A stretch of 64,000 nucleotides of DNA from Candidatus Palauibacter polyketidifaciens (GTDB taxonomy: Bacteria > Gemmatimonadota > Gemmatimonadetes > Palauibacterales > Palauibacteraceae): the NCBI RefSeq assembly GCF_947581785.1, contig NZ_CANPVO010000036.1, forward strand, positions 15,490-79,489, written 5' to 3'. The notes beneath the pieces were generated by a model that was not told the origin of the DNA, did no database searches, and was given only the letters and a program-made list of their open reading frames with translations. The stretch's first letter is position 1. Each line of letters begins with the position of its first letter. Both the position numbers and the translations under genes were made by a program. Of this stretch, positions 63,857 to 64,000 are shown one piece after another.

Positions 63857-64000
63857 ATGAAGAACCTGCGCGTAACCGGACTGGCACACCTCACCGCACT
63901 GGGGGCCGCGTTCCTCGGCATCGGGGCCTGCGGCGCGGAGGACGCCGCGGAAGGCGACGTGATGGCCTCGGCCGAGGTCACGGATCCGGCGGCGGAGGGT
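63857..64000 (+). CDS. 5' end of a lipoprotein gene running off the window.
   Basis: GGAGGAAAC then ATG. MKNLRVTGLAHLTALGAAFLGIGACG lipobox. Confidence 0.4.
   Translation, partial: MKNLRVTGLAHLTALGAAFLGIGACGAEDAAEGDVMASAEVTDPAAEG

Noticed and set aside
1-64000. Search for tRNA, rRNA, transposase/IS ends, integrase and toxin-antitoxin pairs.
   Set aside because: No intergenic segment has tRNA-like length or composition. No DDE/serine/tyrosine recombinase-like ORF is present and there are no inverted terminal repeats. The only mobile-looking signal is the compositional island at 45.2-48.8 kb, which lacks mobility genes in this window.

Overview
This is a 64 kb stretch of a very high-GC (roughly 68-72% by eye) bacterial chromosome. 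Almost all of it is coding. It is dense in lipoproteins (many L-x-x-C lipoboxes directly after signal peptides), TAT-signal enzymes and secreted hydrolases. Together with the CarbopepD_reg-type TonB receptor and a giant BNR/VPS10-repeat protein, the content fits a Gemmatimonadota-like soil or marine organism; this is inference only. No rRNA, tRNA, CRISPR array or transposase was found. The six-frame track contains many very long Arg/Pro/Gly-rich shadow ORFs that are typical GC artefacts. I trimmed real genes to plausible starts using signal peptides, RBS-like purine runs and 4-bp start/stop overlaps (ATGA/GTGA), which are pervasive here and define several operons.

Main content, in order:
- A two-subunit aconitase-X (DUF521 + DUF126) gene pair, an Asp/Glu/hydantoin racemase, a CapA-family gene and a D-aminoacylase.
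- A 1059-aa BNR/VPS10 propeller protein and a DUF1295 membrane protein.
- A family of NHL-like lipoprotein paralogs: two tandem copies, a decayed 5'-truncated copy, and a fourth copy 37 kb away.
- A long minus-strand cluster: glycosylasparaginase, GNAT, a BsuPI-like protease inhibitor, an M28 aminopeptidase, a hypothetical secreted protein, a small membrane protein (putative symporter-associated subunit), a sodium:solute symporter, and a cyclase.
- SulP and SNF transporters, pdxH, and a Big_2 + plant-type LRR lipoprotein.
- An ECF sigma factor operon with an ArsI/CadI metalloenzyme and a FAD oxidoreductase.
- M20 and PQQ enzymes, and a copper-type cluster (TonB receptor, His-rich lipoprotein, divergent CopC).
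- A DinB-like gene followed by an ArsC/Spx-family gene that has an in-frame TGA exactly at its catalytic Cys position. This is a candidate selenoprotein.
- A lower-GC island carrying an S8 subtilase, two Ig-like lipoproteins and an AraC-type regulator, with a 75-bp dual-coding junction repeat.
- A DUF1080 + Gfo/Idh/MocA pair, a cytochrome c' followed by two 4-TM paralogs, a HEXXH metalloprotease and further paralogous lipoproteins.
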